Assembly: GCA_043819795.1 (NCBI GenBank)
Contig: JBDREN010000135.1
Coordinates: forward strand, 1-16,619
DNA: 16,619 nt
Source: Elusimicrobiota bacterium
GTDB taxonomy: Bacteria > Elusimicrobiota > Elusimicrobia > UBA1565
Direction of reading: 5' to 3'
Positions 7,869 through 16,619 of the stretch are shown here, piece by piece. The first letter of the stretch is position 1. The number at the start of each line of letters is the position of its first letter. The notes beneath the pieces were generated by a model that searched no databases, had not been told where the DNA came from, and worked only from the letters and a program-made list of their open reading frames with translations. The position numbers were made by a program, and so were the translations under genes.

Positions 7869-8243
7869 CTACGCCTTCCACAGGCCGTGGAGGTTGCAGT
7901 ATTCCCGAGCGGAGACCGATTCCGCCTTGATGTCGAAGACGGCCTCCGGGGCCTCCCCCGGCTTCAGGTGCCGGCGGTACACCTTCCCGTCGGAGATGAG
8001 CTCGACGAACTCGATGTAGTGCTTCTCTTCCATGGGATGGGCGACGCTCCCCACCTTGACATGGAAGCCGGCGTCGGTCTTCTCGATCACGGGGACATGC
8101 TTCTCCTTGGCCGCGTCCACCGTGTTCTCTTCCAGCAGGCTCATCTCCTGTCCGCAGCAGACGAGCGTTCCGCCCGCCGCGTGCAGCACCTCGACGATGT
8201 TCCCGCATCGCGAGCACTTATAGACCTCGTTCCTCTGCGTCAT
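7869..8243 (-). CDS. dfx: Desulfoferrodoxin (2Fe superoxide reductase), 124 aa
   Basis: The true start is ATG at 8243 ([10 protein letters not shown]), after a GGAGGAG RBS. Centre I ligands CSRC...LVCC; centre II ligands [14 protein letters not shown] and YCNLHGLW. Confidence 0.95.
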   Translation of the reverse strand: MTQRNEVYKCSRCGNIVEVLHAAGGTLVCCGQEMSLLEENTVDAAKEKHVPVIEKTDAGFHVKVGSVAHPMEEKHYIEFVELISDGKVYRRHLKPGEAPEAVFDIKAESVSAREYCNLHGLWKA

Positions 8244-8280
8244 ATGGTTCTCCTCCGCTCCGACCGATATCCGACGCGCC

Positions 8281-8802
8281 TCACACGAGCTTCTTCGCCG
8301 CCTCCAGCGCCGCGGCGTAGTCCGGCTCGTTGGTGACCTCGTTGACCAGCTGCACGTACCGCACGACCCCTTCACGGTCCACGACGAATACCGCCCGGGC
8401 CAGCAGCCTCAGCTCCTTGATGAGCAACCCATAGGCGCCGCCGAACGCCGCGTCGCGGTGGTCCGAAAGGGTGACGACCCGGGTCGCGCCGGCCACTCCG
8501 CACCAGCGTTTCTGGGCGAAGGGCAGGTCCATGCTCACCGTCAACACGGCGACATCCTCGCCCAGCCTGGAAGCCTCCTCGTTGAACCTCTTGGTCTGCA
8601 AGTCGCAGACGGGCGTGTCCAGAGACGGCACGCTCGAGATGATCACGACCTTGCCGCGAAACGATGAAAGCTTGACCTCCGCGAGGCTGTTGTCCAGGGC
8701 GACGAAGTCCGGCGCCGCGTCCCCCGCCATGACCTCGCCCCCGATCAACGTCAGAGGATTGCCCTTCATGGTGACGACTCCAGCTTTCTCCTGTACCGCC
8801 AT
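8281..8802 (-). CDS. tpx: Thiol peroxidase Tpx (atypical 2-Cys peroxiredoxin)
   Basis: [17 protein letters not shown] (peroxidatic Cys), [12 protein letters not shown] (resolving Cys), LLARAVFV and EPDY motifs. GGGAGG RBS. Confidence 0.96.
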   Translation of the reverse strand: MAVQEKAGVVTMKGNPLTLIGGEVMAGDAAPDFVALDNSLAEVKLSSFRGKVVIISSVPSLDTPVCDLQTKRFNEEASRLGEDVAVLTVSMDLPFAQKRWCGVAGATRVVTLSDHRDAAFGGAYGLLIKELRLLARAVFVVDREGVVRYVQLVNEVTNEPDYAAALEAAKKLV

Positions 8803-8827
8803 AGTCCCTCCCTGGTCAGAGTATCCG

Positions 8828-9247
8828 CTAACAGGCGGTGGAAACGCTCCGCCGGCCCGCCATGCAGGGTCCGCACACGCCCGTCAACTCCAGCCGGTGC
8901 CCGAGCACCTCGAAACCGTACACGCCCCTTATCGAGCCCTCAAGATCGGGCCGGCGTTCCAGCTCGATGTCCGCGACGCGTCCGCACCGCAGACAGCGGA
9001 TATGGTAGTGGTCTTTGAGGTTGCCGTCAAACCGCTTCTGGCTGCCGGCCATCTCGAGCTTGCGTATCGCCCCTTCCCGGCAAAGAAGCTCCAGGTTGCG
9101 ATAGACGGTGCTCAGACTGATCCGCGGCAGCCTCTTGCGGGCCGCCTTGTACAGCTCGTCGGCGGTCGGATGCGTGAAAACCTTTCTCAGCTCCTCGAGG
9201 ATGATCCGTCTCTGCCGGGTCATCCGGGGCTTGCTCTCAGCGGGCAT
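8828..9247 (-). CDS. perR: Fur-family peroxide-sensing repressor PerR
   Basis: HPTAD, TVYRNL, RFD, HYH and VADI supply the His/Asp/His/His/Asp regulatory metal ligand set of PerR (Asp rather than the Glu of Fur at the last site). Two CxxC motifs (CLRC, CGPC). It heads an oxidative-stress operon. Confidence 0.85.
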   Translation of the reverse strand: MPAESKPRMTRQRRIILEELRKVFTHPTADELYKAARKRLPRISLSTVYRNLELLCREGAIRKLEMAGSQKRFDGNLKDHYHIRCLRCGRVADIELERRPDLEGSIRGVYGFEVLGHRLELTGVCGPCMAGRRSVSTAC

Positions 9248-9265
9248 CGGTTGGGATCAACTGCT

Positions 9266-9284
9266 AATAATAACTATTCCTACT
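9266..9284 (-). promoter_or_regulatory. Putative PerR/Fur-type operator AGTAGGAATAGTTATTATT
   Basis: AT-rich imperfect palindrome just upstream of the perR start. It resembles the AATAGTAATnnTTACTATT-type PerR box of anaerobic delta-proteobacteria (consensus recalled) and overlaps the putative -10. Confidence 0.7.
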
Positions 9285-9312
9285 TATACAATACCCTCGC
9301 CCTCCCCGTCAA
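9283..9312 (-). promoter_or_regulatory. Putative sigma70 promoter of the perR operon (TTGACG - 18 bp - TATAAG)
   Basis: -35 at 9307-9312 and -10 at 9283-9288, read on the minus strand. Confidence 0.55.
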
Positions 9313-9314
9313 TA

Positions 9315-9348
9315 ACTCAAATCCGGTGCCTGGCACCTTTTGTTGAGT
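9315..9348. repeat. REP-like palindrome GGTGCC-T-GGCACC (9325-9337) inside an outer ACTCAA/TTGAGT inverted pair
   Basis: Read directly from the sequence; followed by TTTT. Only one copy in the window. Confidence 0.45.
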
Positions 9349-9380
9349 AACTCCCGGCTTTTTCATAATCTAGTGGAGGT
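9343..9380 (+). promoter_or_regulatory. Putative mutM promoter (TTGAGT - 17 bp - TAATCT) and GGAGGT RBS
   Basis: -35 at 9343-9348, -10 at 9366-9371, RBS at 9375-9380 just before ATG 9382. Confidence 0.45.
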
Positions 9381-9381
9381 A

Positions 9382-10185
9382 ATGCCCGAACTGCCCGAGG
9401 TGGAGACGATCCGCCGGATACTCCAAGAGCGCCTGGCCGGCAGGAGGCTGAGACGCGTCGTGGTCGGCCGCCCCACCTTCTACCGAAGGCCCCCGGCGGC
9501 GTCCGTGCGCCGTCTGAGGGGCGCCACCCTGCGAGAAATCGGCCGGCGCGGCAAGTACCTCGTATTCGACTTCACCGCGGGGGATCGAGGCCGGCGGACG
9601 CTCACCATGCACCTCGGAATGTCCGGACGCTTGGCCTTGGCCGGGCACGCCGCCGGCCGGCATCCGCACTGCCGCTTCAGGCTCATTTTCGACCGCTATT
9701 CGGTGCTCTTCATAGACCCCCGCCGTTTCGGCAGAGCCGGCTGTCCCCTGCCGAAGCTGGGGCCCGAGCCATTAGGGCCCGGCTTCGACCCCGCCTATCT
9801 CGTCCACGCGACGTGCGGCAAACGCGCCCCCATCAAGGCGCTGCTCCTCGACCAGGGCGTCCTGGCCGGCGTGGGCAACATCTACGCGACGGAGGCGCTC
9901 TTCCGCGCCCGGCTGCGTCCCCAACGAGCGGCAAAAAGCCTGACGAGCCGCGATGCGGCGCGCCTCTGCGGGGCTCTCAAGGACGTATTGAAACGGGCCA
10001 TACGCCTCGGCGGCTGTACGATGCCCGACGAGGCATACCTCGACCCGCTGGGCCGGCCCGGCCGGGCGTGGGATACGCTGGCCGTCTATGGCCGCGACTT
10101 CGGGGAATGCGGCCACCGGCTCAAGATCGCGCGACGAGTCATCGGGGGGCGCAGGAGCCGGTACTGTCCTCGCTGCCAGCGCTAG
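9382..10185 (+). CDS. mutM: Formamidopyrimidine-DNA glycosylase / AP lyase (Fpg)
   Basis: The true start is ATG 9382, giving the catalytic N-terminal PELPEVET. RRGKYL, HLGMSG, DPRRFG, LGPEP, H2TH motif LLDQ..AGVGNIYA.E, and C-terminal GR...CPRCQ. Confidence 0.95.
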   Translation: MPELPEVETIRRILQERLAGRRLRRVVVGRPTFYRRPPAASVRRLRGATLREIGRRGKYLVFDFTAGDRGRRTLTMHLGMSGRLALAGHAAGRHPHCRFRLIFDRYSVLFIDPRRFGRAGCPLPKLGPEPLGPGFDPAYLVHATCGKRAPIKALLLDQGVLAGVGNIYATEALFRARLRPQRAAKSLTSRDAARLCGALKDVLKRAIRLGGCTMPDEAYLDPLGRPGRAWDTLAVYGRDFGECGHRLKIARRVIGGRRSRYCPRCQR

Positions 10186-10195
10186 AACTCAGCGC

Positions 10196-10618
10196 CTATA
10201 GCATGACGCCGCCGGTATTCCGGCGGGCGGCGTGGATTCGCTGCCGGCCGAGGCAGATGAGCTGACTCACCCTGGCCCGCAGCTCTTTGATGTCGAAAGG
10301 CTTGCCTATATAGGCGTCCGCCCCGTTGTCGAGTCCGATGGAGACGCGCGGCAGGCTCGACAGCGTGCTGAGAATCAAGACCGGAATGTCCCTCAAGAGA
10401 GGGTCGCTGCGCAGCTCCCTGCAGACCCCGTATCCGTCGACGCGAGGCATCATGACGTCCACGACGATAAGGTCGGGCCAGCGAGCGCGCGCCGTGGCCA
10501 GCCCCTCTTCGCCGTCCTTCGCCGTCAGCACCTCGTAGGTCCCGAGCAGCGCCGACTTCAGCGTCCGCCGGACGGAGAAGTCGTCGTCTATAATGAGCAC
10601 CTTTGCCCTCTCGATCAC
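10196..10618 (-). CDS. Single-domain response regulator (REC with short C-terminal tail)
   Basis: VLIIDDD, VDVMMP (phosphoacceptor Asp), ILST and KPF motifs. GTG start after a GGGGAGG RBS. Confidence 0.88.
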   Translation of the reverse strand: MIERAKVLIIDDDFSVRRTLKSALLGTYEVLTAKDGEEGLATARARWPDLIVVDVMMPRVDGYGVCRELRSDPLLRDIPVLILSTLSSLPRVSIGLDNGADAYIGKPFDIKELRARVSQLICLGRQRIHAARRNTGGVML

Positions 10619-10819
10619 GTGATCCTCCCCTGCGGCTCCATGGTCCCCTTGCTGACGATAGCATCCCTTATGAAGCTCATACGGAGCTCAAGGGGAATTC
10701 ACGTTTCGCTCAAATTTCGCATCCGCACGGCGAGATTTAATCATCCGTTAATGGCGGACTGGTAGTAATATGCTTGCGGCCCGCAAGGTGCGTCGCGGGC
10801 CGCGACCGACGCAGGCTTT

Positions 10820-10857
10820 AGGAGCGCCGACCATCCGCACTGGGGGCGCTCCTTTTT
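10820..10857 (+). terminator. Terminator/attenuator-like hairpin in the leader of the hybrid kinase
   Basis: aggagcgcc (10820-10828) and ggcgctcct (10845-10853) form a perfect 9-bp stem, with a T-run at 10853-10857. Confidence 0.4.
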
Positions 10858-10896
10858 GACGGGCCGACGGAAAAACCACGTTCCGCGAGGAAGCCT

Positions 10897-12549
<1,653 letters not shown>

Positions 12550-12618
12550 GGAGACTCCGTCCGGCCCGGTCCGGCGGGCCGGCGGCCGGAAGGAATCCAT
12601 CGGACAAGGAGGTTTCGC

Positions 12619-13311
12619 GTGAACAAGAAGATCTTGGTCATCGACGACATCGAGAGCGTGCGCAAAAGCGTCGTAAGGGCGCTCCGCCAGAACAACTTTC
12701 CCGCCGTCTCGGCCGCCGACGGCTCGGACGGGCTCCTCCTAGTAAAGGAGGTGAAGCCCGATCTAGTGCTGACCGACGCGGACATGCCGGGGATGGACGG
12801 CCATGCCTTATGCCGGGTGCTCAGAAAGGACAAGTCCACTCAGCACATTCCCATCATCATCATGTCGGGCTCGATGACCGGAGACAACGACGTCGTCGCG
12901 GGCCTGCGGGACGGCGCCGACGGCTACGTGGCGAAACCCATCTCGATGAGCCTCCTCCTCGCGCGCATCCGCGCGGTGCTGCGCCGGTACGCCGACGTCC
13001 CTTCGGAGGGCGCGAGCCTCAAGATGTGCGGCATCGATATCGACCACGCGGCCCGGGAGGTCAGAGTCTCCGACAAGGTGATCCGGCTGACGCGCAAGGA
13101 GTTCGATCTGCTGAGCATCCTGATGTCCAACCCGGGCCGCGTGACGAGCCCCGCCTCGCTCCTCGAGTCCGTGTGGGGCCACAACCCGGCCGACTGCTGC
13201 GACGTCCATACGGTCGAGACGCATATCTCCCGCTTGCGCAAGAAGCTCGGCCCCAAGGTCTCGCAGCGCATCGTCAACGTCCCCAGCCTCGGATACAAGT
13301 TCGAAAATTAA
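12619..13311 (+). CDS. OmpR/PhoB-family DNA-binding response regulator
   Basis: REC (VIDD, TDADMP, AKP) plus winged helix (LTRKEFDLL, VW, TVETHISRLRKKL, GYKF). GTG start after AAGGAGG. Confidence 0.93.
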   Translation: MNKKILVIDDIESVRKSVVRALRQNNFPAVSAADGSDGLLLVKEVKPDLVLTDADMPGMDGHALCRVLRKDKSTQHIPIIIMSGSMTGDNDVVAGLRDGADGYVAKPISMSLLLARIRAVLRRYADVPSEGASLKMCGIDIDHAAREVRVSDKVIRLTRKEFDLLSILMSNPGRVTSPASLLESVWGHNPADCCDVHTVETHISRLRKKLGPKVSQRIVNVPSLGYKFEN

Positions 13312-13449
13312 AGGCCGGCGCGACGTCCCTCCACCATCTCCCCCTCCCCCGCGGCGCTTCGCCAGGCCGCGCGCAGGATATGTTAAGCTGACAGCGAGGC
13401 GGCCCGCCCGGCCCGTTCCGGCGGCGGACCCGCCTCGGGAGGAGGCCCG

Positions 13450-14967
13450 ATGGGCGCGCACGCGAAAAGCAGACGATCCCGTGATATCTCAGAGGACGAC
13501 ATCCGCCGGCTCGTGTTCCCCGGATTCCGGTTCGGGAAGGACGATCCCGCCTATGCGGAGCGCCTCACGGATCTGGGCGCGGGCGGCTTCTGCGTCTACG
13601 GGGGAGGCGTCCAGGAGATCGCGGCCCTCACCCGCCGCCTGCAGAGACGCGCGCGCGTTCCCCTGCTTTTCTGCGCCGACTACGAGGACGGTCTCCCCAC
13701 GATGGCGGAGGGCGGCACGGCGCTCCCTTCCAACATGGGCATCGGGGCCGCCGCCAGCGAGACCCTAGCATATAGGAAGGGCCGCATCACCGGGATCGAG
13801 GCGCGCGCGATCGGCGTGCGCTGGGTCTTCGCCCCGGTCGTGGACCTGGCCACCCGGGCCGAGAACCCCATCGTGAACATCCGCGCCTTCGGCGCCAAGC
13901 CTTCCCTCGTGAGCCGGCTCGCCCGCGCGTATCTGCGCGGGATGAGGAGCACGGGCGTGCTTTCCTGCGTCAAGCACTTCCCGGGCCACGGCGACACGCG
14001 CAAAGACTCCCACTTGGAGCTGCCGACCGTGGCGGCCGGGCGGCCCCTTCTGGTGTCCCGCGACCTGGCCCCCTATCGGGCGACGCTCCCGCTCGCGGAT
14101 TCCGTGATGCTGGCCCATCTGCATGTGCCCGCGCTCGGCACGCCGCGGGGCCTCCCCGCCTCCCTGTCCGGCGCGGTGGTGGGGCGGCTGCTGAGGGAGC
14201 GCATGGGATACCGGGGCCTGGTCGTCACCGACGCGCTCGACATGCGCGCGGTGGCCGGCCGCTTCCCCGAGGCCAAAGCCGCGCTCATGGCGCTCGAAGC
14301 CGGCGCGGACGTGATCCTCGTCCCCGCGCGGCCGGAGAGCCTCCTGCGAGCCCTGCCGGGACTCGTGGAGGACGGCGGGCTGGAGGCGAAAGCCCGCGCC
14401 GCCGCCGAGCGCCTGACGCGGGCCAAACGGCTGTGCGGACTCTTCCGCGACCGCGGCCTGACGCCCGCGGGGGATATCGAACGCGTGGAAAGCGCGAGCC
14501 ACCGGCGCGCGGCAGAGAAGATGGCCGCCGCCGCGACGGCGTGGGCGAGGCGAGGCGCGGGAGCGGTCCCGCTGCGGGGCGAAGTGGCATATCTCGAGCC
14601 GCGGACGGGCTCCTCGGGCGGCCCGCAAGGCTCGGCGCTGCTCGACGAGCTCAAGACGCTCGGCATCACGGCCGTGCCGCTCGGACGCGCGCGGCGTGCG
14701 GACCGAGTCCTCGTCGCGACGTTCGTCGGCCCGCGGGCCTACAGCGGACGCATCCGCCTCACGCCCGCCGAGCGGCGCAAGGCGAACGCCGCGCTCGGTC
14801 GCTCTCCCCGCTCGGTCGCGGCGTCCTTCGGAAGCCCCTTCGTGCTCGACGAGCTCCGCGGCTTCCACGCCGGGCTGTGCGCGTTCTCCGCGTCGGAACC
14901 GGCCCAGCGCGCCGCCGCGCGCGTGCTGGCGGGAAAGACCCGCGCCACCGGCCGGATGCCGGTGTAG
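13450..14967 (+). CDS. nagZ: Glycoside hydrolase family 3 beta-N-acetylhexosaminidase (NagZ-like, two-domain)
   Basis: FAPVVD, NIRAFG, KHFPGHGDT..DSH (NagZ signature with Asp-His dyad) and TDALDM nucleophile motif. C-terminal GSPF...G.MPV domain. No evident signal peptide. Confidence 0.88.
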   Translation: MGAHAKSRRSRDISEDDIRRLVFPGFRFGKDDPAYAERLTDLGAGGFCVYGGGVQEIAALTRRLQRRARVPLLFCADYEDGLPTMAEGGTALPSNMGIGAAASETLAYRKGRITGIEARAIGVRWVFAPVVDLATRAENPIVNIRAFGAKPSLVSRLARAYLRGMRSTGVLSCVKHFPGHGDTRKDSHLELPTVAAGRPLLVSRDLAPYRATLPLADSVMLAHLHVPALGTPRGLPASLSGAVVGRLLRERMGYRGLVVTDALDMRAVAGRFPEAKAALMALEAGADVILVPARPESLLRALPGLVEDGGLEAKARAAAERLTRAKRLCGLFRDRGLTPAGDIERVESASHRRAAEKMAAAATAWARRGAGAVPLRGEVAYLEPRTGSSGGPQGSALLDELKTLGITAVPLGRARRADRVLVATFVGPRAYSGRIRLTPAERRKANAALGRSPRSVAASFGSPFVLDELRGFHAGLCAFSASEPAQRAAARVLAGKTRATGRMPV

Positions 14968-15006
14968 CGATCGGTTGGCGCTTCGCGCGACCGGGGCTGA
15001 CTCGGA

Positions 15007-15360
15007 TCAGGAGCGCAGGAACTTCTCGATGTCGTCCAGGAGGACCGCGGCCTGGACGAGGACGGCGCGGTCGAGCGGCTGCGAGCCGGAGAGGACCGCG
15101 TGCATAAGAGCATCGAGGCGGACCCCGGCCTCGCCGAGGCGGGGAAGGTCGTAGGTCCCGCCCGAGCCAGCCAGTTGGTGGCCGTAGCGCTTGAGCAGCT
15201 TGGCTGCGGGCGCGGCTCCCCCCCCCGTCCCCTCCGTCTCCAGGTCCCGGAGCCAGGAGCGCGCCTTGGCGAGGTTCTCCCGACAGTCCGCGAAGTACTC
15301 CTCCATCACCTCGGGGCCGAACTCGCCGGCATTCTTGCCCGTCTGCTTTTCTTCGTCCAT
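15007..15360 (-). CDS. Stand-alone Hpt (histidine phosphotransfer) domain protein
   Basis: 117 aa, helical character, with HQLAGSGGTY matching the H.L.G.. Hpt motif. Confidence 0.82.
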   Translation of the reverse strand: MDEEKQTGKNAGEFGPEVMEEYFADCRENLAKARSWLRDLETEGTGGGAAPAAKLLKRYGHQLAGSGGTYDLPRLGEAGVRLDALMHAVLSGSQPLDRAVLVQAAVLLDDIEKFLRS

Positions 15361-15467
15361 CTCGAGGCCTGCCGGCGCCTTTCAACGCCGCCACAAAGTG
15401 GCGCTCCGGTCAGACGATCCGGATTCTACAAGATATAGGGGAAACCTTGCCGCTGACTCTCCGGGTG

Positions 15468-16619
15468 TCACTTCTTACGCCCGGCGCTGTCGATCACCCT
15501 TATGGTGTCGCTTCCCTCAAAAGCCGGTCCGTCGGTGATGTCGCCGGTCACGGTCAGTTCCACCGAATCCCCGGCTTGGAGCAGGTCCGCGAGCGCGGCC
15601 CTCTCGAACTTGACCATCAGGACGCCGTCCTGCTCGTTGGACCTGGAGGCCCCGATCTCGCCCTCCAGGAGGATGGTGCCGGCCTCGATCTCGGCCACGT
15701 CATATCCCTCGGTGAGCGTGATATAGCAGGTTATCCATCTGCCTTGGCTGGCCAAGTTCAGCGTGCCGGGGTCGATGTCCACAACGGCCGGGATCGTCTC
15801 TTGCTCCATGATGGCGAACTCAGAGAGATGGCTCACCTCGCCGTAGATGACGTTGTTGTCCATGTCCAGGTAGGTGGTCACATTGACCCAGTTTCCCCCT
15901 TCCAGGTGCATCAGCTTGAGGTTCTTCTCTTTCTTGCCGAGGCCGGTGTCGTCGTAGGCCAACGATACCGTGATCGGACCACTGTATTGGGCGGTCGTGG
16001 TTATCTCGTAGTAGTCCTTGAGCAGCTTGAACCCGGTGGGCGGGGGCTGGCCTCCCGCGCTCTCGGTGACGGTCGTGGTCCCATCGCCGGTGACCTCGTC
16101 GAACGTCAACGTGGTGCCCTCGTCGGACTCCACCACGACATCCTCGCCGGACGGAGTATTCGGGGGAAAGTCGACGATCAGGGTCTGGCCGGCGGCCAAG
16201 GTGACCTGGACGCTCGTCGTCGTCTCTTCGAACCACATCGTGACATCATAATCGCCCGGCTCGCGGAGCAAAGCCCTGTAATGACCCTCCTCGTCCGTCT
16301 GGGCCGTGCAGACGCGTAGGCCGGCCACATGGAAACCGACCGTGGCATTCTCCGCGGGAAGCCCGTCCGCGGTCACCGTTCCGCTGACGTTCGGGGTAAC
16401 GTCCATATCGAACACCTGGCTCTGCCCGGCGACCATCGTGATCCAAAAGCCGGACGATGATCCTTTATACAACACCCCGATCTGGTACTCGCCCGGCTCA
16501 GTGAGCACGGCCGTGTAATGACCCTCGCTGTCCGTGTAGGACGAGCTGACGCGCTGGCCGTCCAGATAGAAACCGAGGCTGGCGGGATATGCGGAAAGGC
16601 CGTCCGAGGTCACCGTTCC
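15468..16619 (-). CDS. Acidic beta-rich, probably extracellular protein with tandem carboxypeptidase-regulatory-like (Cna-B type) repeats; 5' truncated by the window
   Basis: The frame is open to the window edge (GGA ACG precede the GTG at 16613). Two ~79-aa repeats GTVT.DG......GF...G.RV....TD.EGHY.A.L.EPG.Y, followed by further beta-rich domains. Confidence 0.75.
   Translation of the reverse strand, partial: GTVTSDGLSAYPASLGFYLDGQRVSSSYTDSEGHYTAVLTEPGEYQIGVLYKGSSSGFWITMVAGQSQVFDMDVTPNVSGTVTADGLPAENATVGFHVAGLRVCTAQTDEEGHYRALLREPGDYDVTMWFEETTTSVQVTLAAGQTLIVDFPPNTPSGEDVVVESDEGTTLTFDEVTGDGTTTVTESAGGQPPPTGFKLLKDYYEITTTAQYSGPITVSLAYDDTGLGKKEKNLKLMHLEGGNWVNVTTYLDMDNNVIYGEVSHLSEFAIMEQETIPAVVDIDPGTLNLASQGRWITCYITLTEGYDVAEIEAGTILLEGEIGASRSNEQDGVLMVKFERAALADLLQAGDSVELTVTGDITDGPAFEGSDTIRVIDSAGRKK

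Noticed and set aside
8244..8375. N-terminal extension of the desulfoferrodoxin ORF in the track
   Set aside because: It overlaps tpx out of frame; the RBS and family start point to ATG 8243.
9340..9381. N-terminal extension of MutM in the track
   Set aside because: Fpg needs an N-terminal Pro after Met removal, and the RBS precedes ATG 9382.
12561..12582. GC hairpin ccggcccg/cgggccgg between the kinase and the regulator
   Set aside because: No U-tract, and such stems are expected by chance at this GC content.

Overview
GC-rich bacterial DNA. From left to right: (1) the 5' end of a probable IS1380-family transposase on the minus strand, cut by the window edge and absent from the ORF track, with its terminus at about 313; (2) a 1391-aa fused CoA-substrate enzyme activase / 2-hydroxyacyl-CoA dehydratase-like FeS protein; (3) a tightly packed minus-strand oxygen-defence operon, perR-tpx-desulfoferrodoxin-cydA-cydB-zupT, with a PerR-type box overlapping its promoter and a divergent mutM/fpg; (4) a signalling cluster of a single-domain receiver, a PAS hybrid histidine kinase, an OmpR-family regulator and a stand-alone Hpt, interrupted by a GH3 NagZ-like hexosaminidase; (5) the 3' part of an acidic, beta-rich repeat-domain protein. 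The most unusual signal is a non-coding 25-28 bp repeat, GGCGTCAGGTGTTAACTTTGTTAAC(TAA), present three times. Two copies form a perfect 28-bp inverted pair (4512-4608) between zupT and the activase. The third (313-337) supplies the activase stop codon and is the site where the IS has inserted. The activase gene is therefore precisely bracketed by inverted copies, like a cassette.
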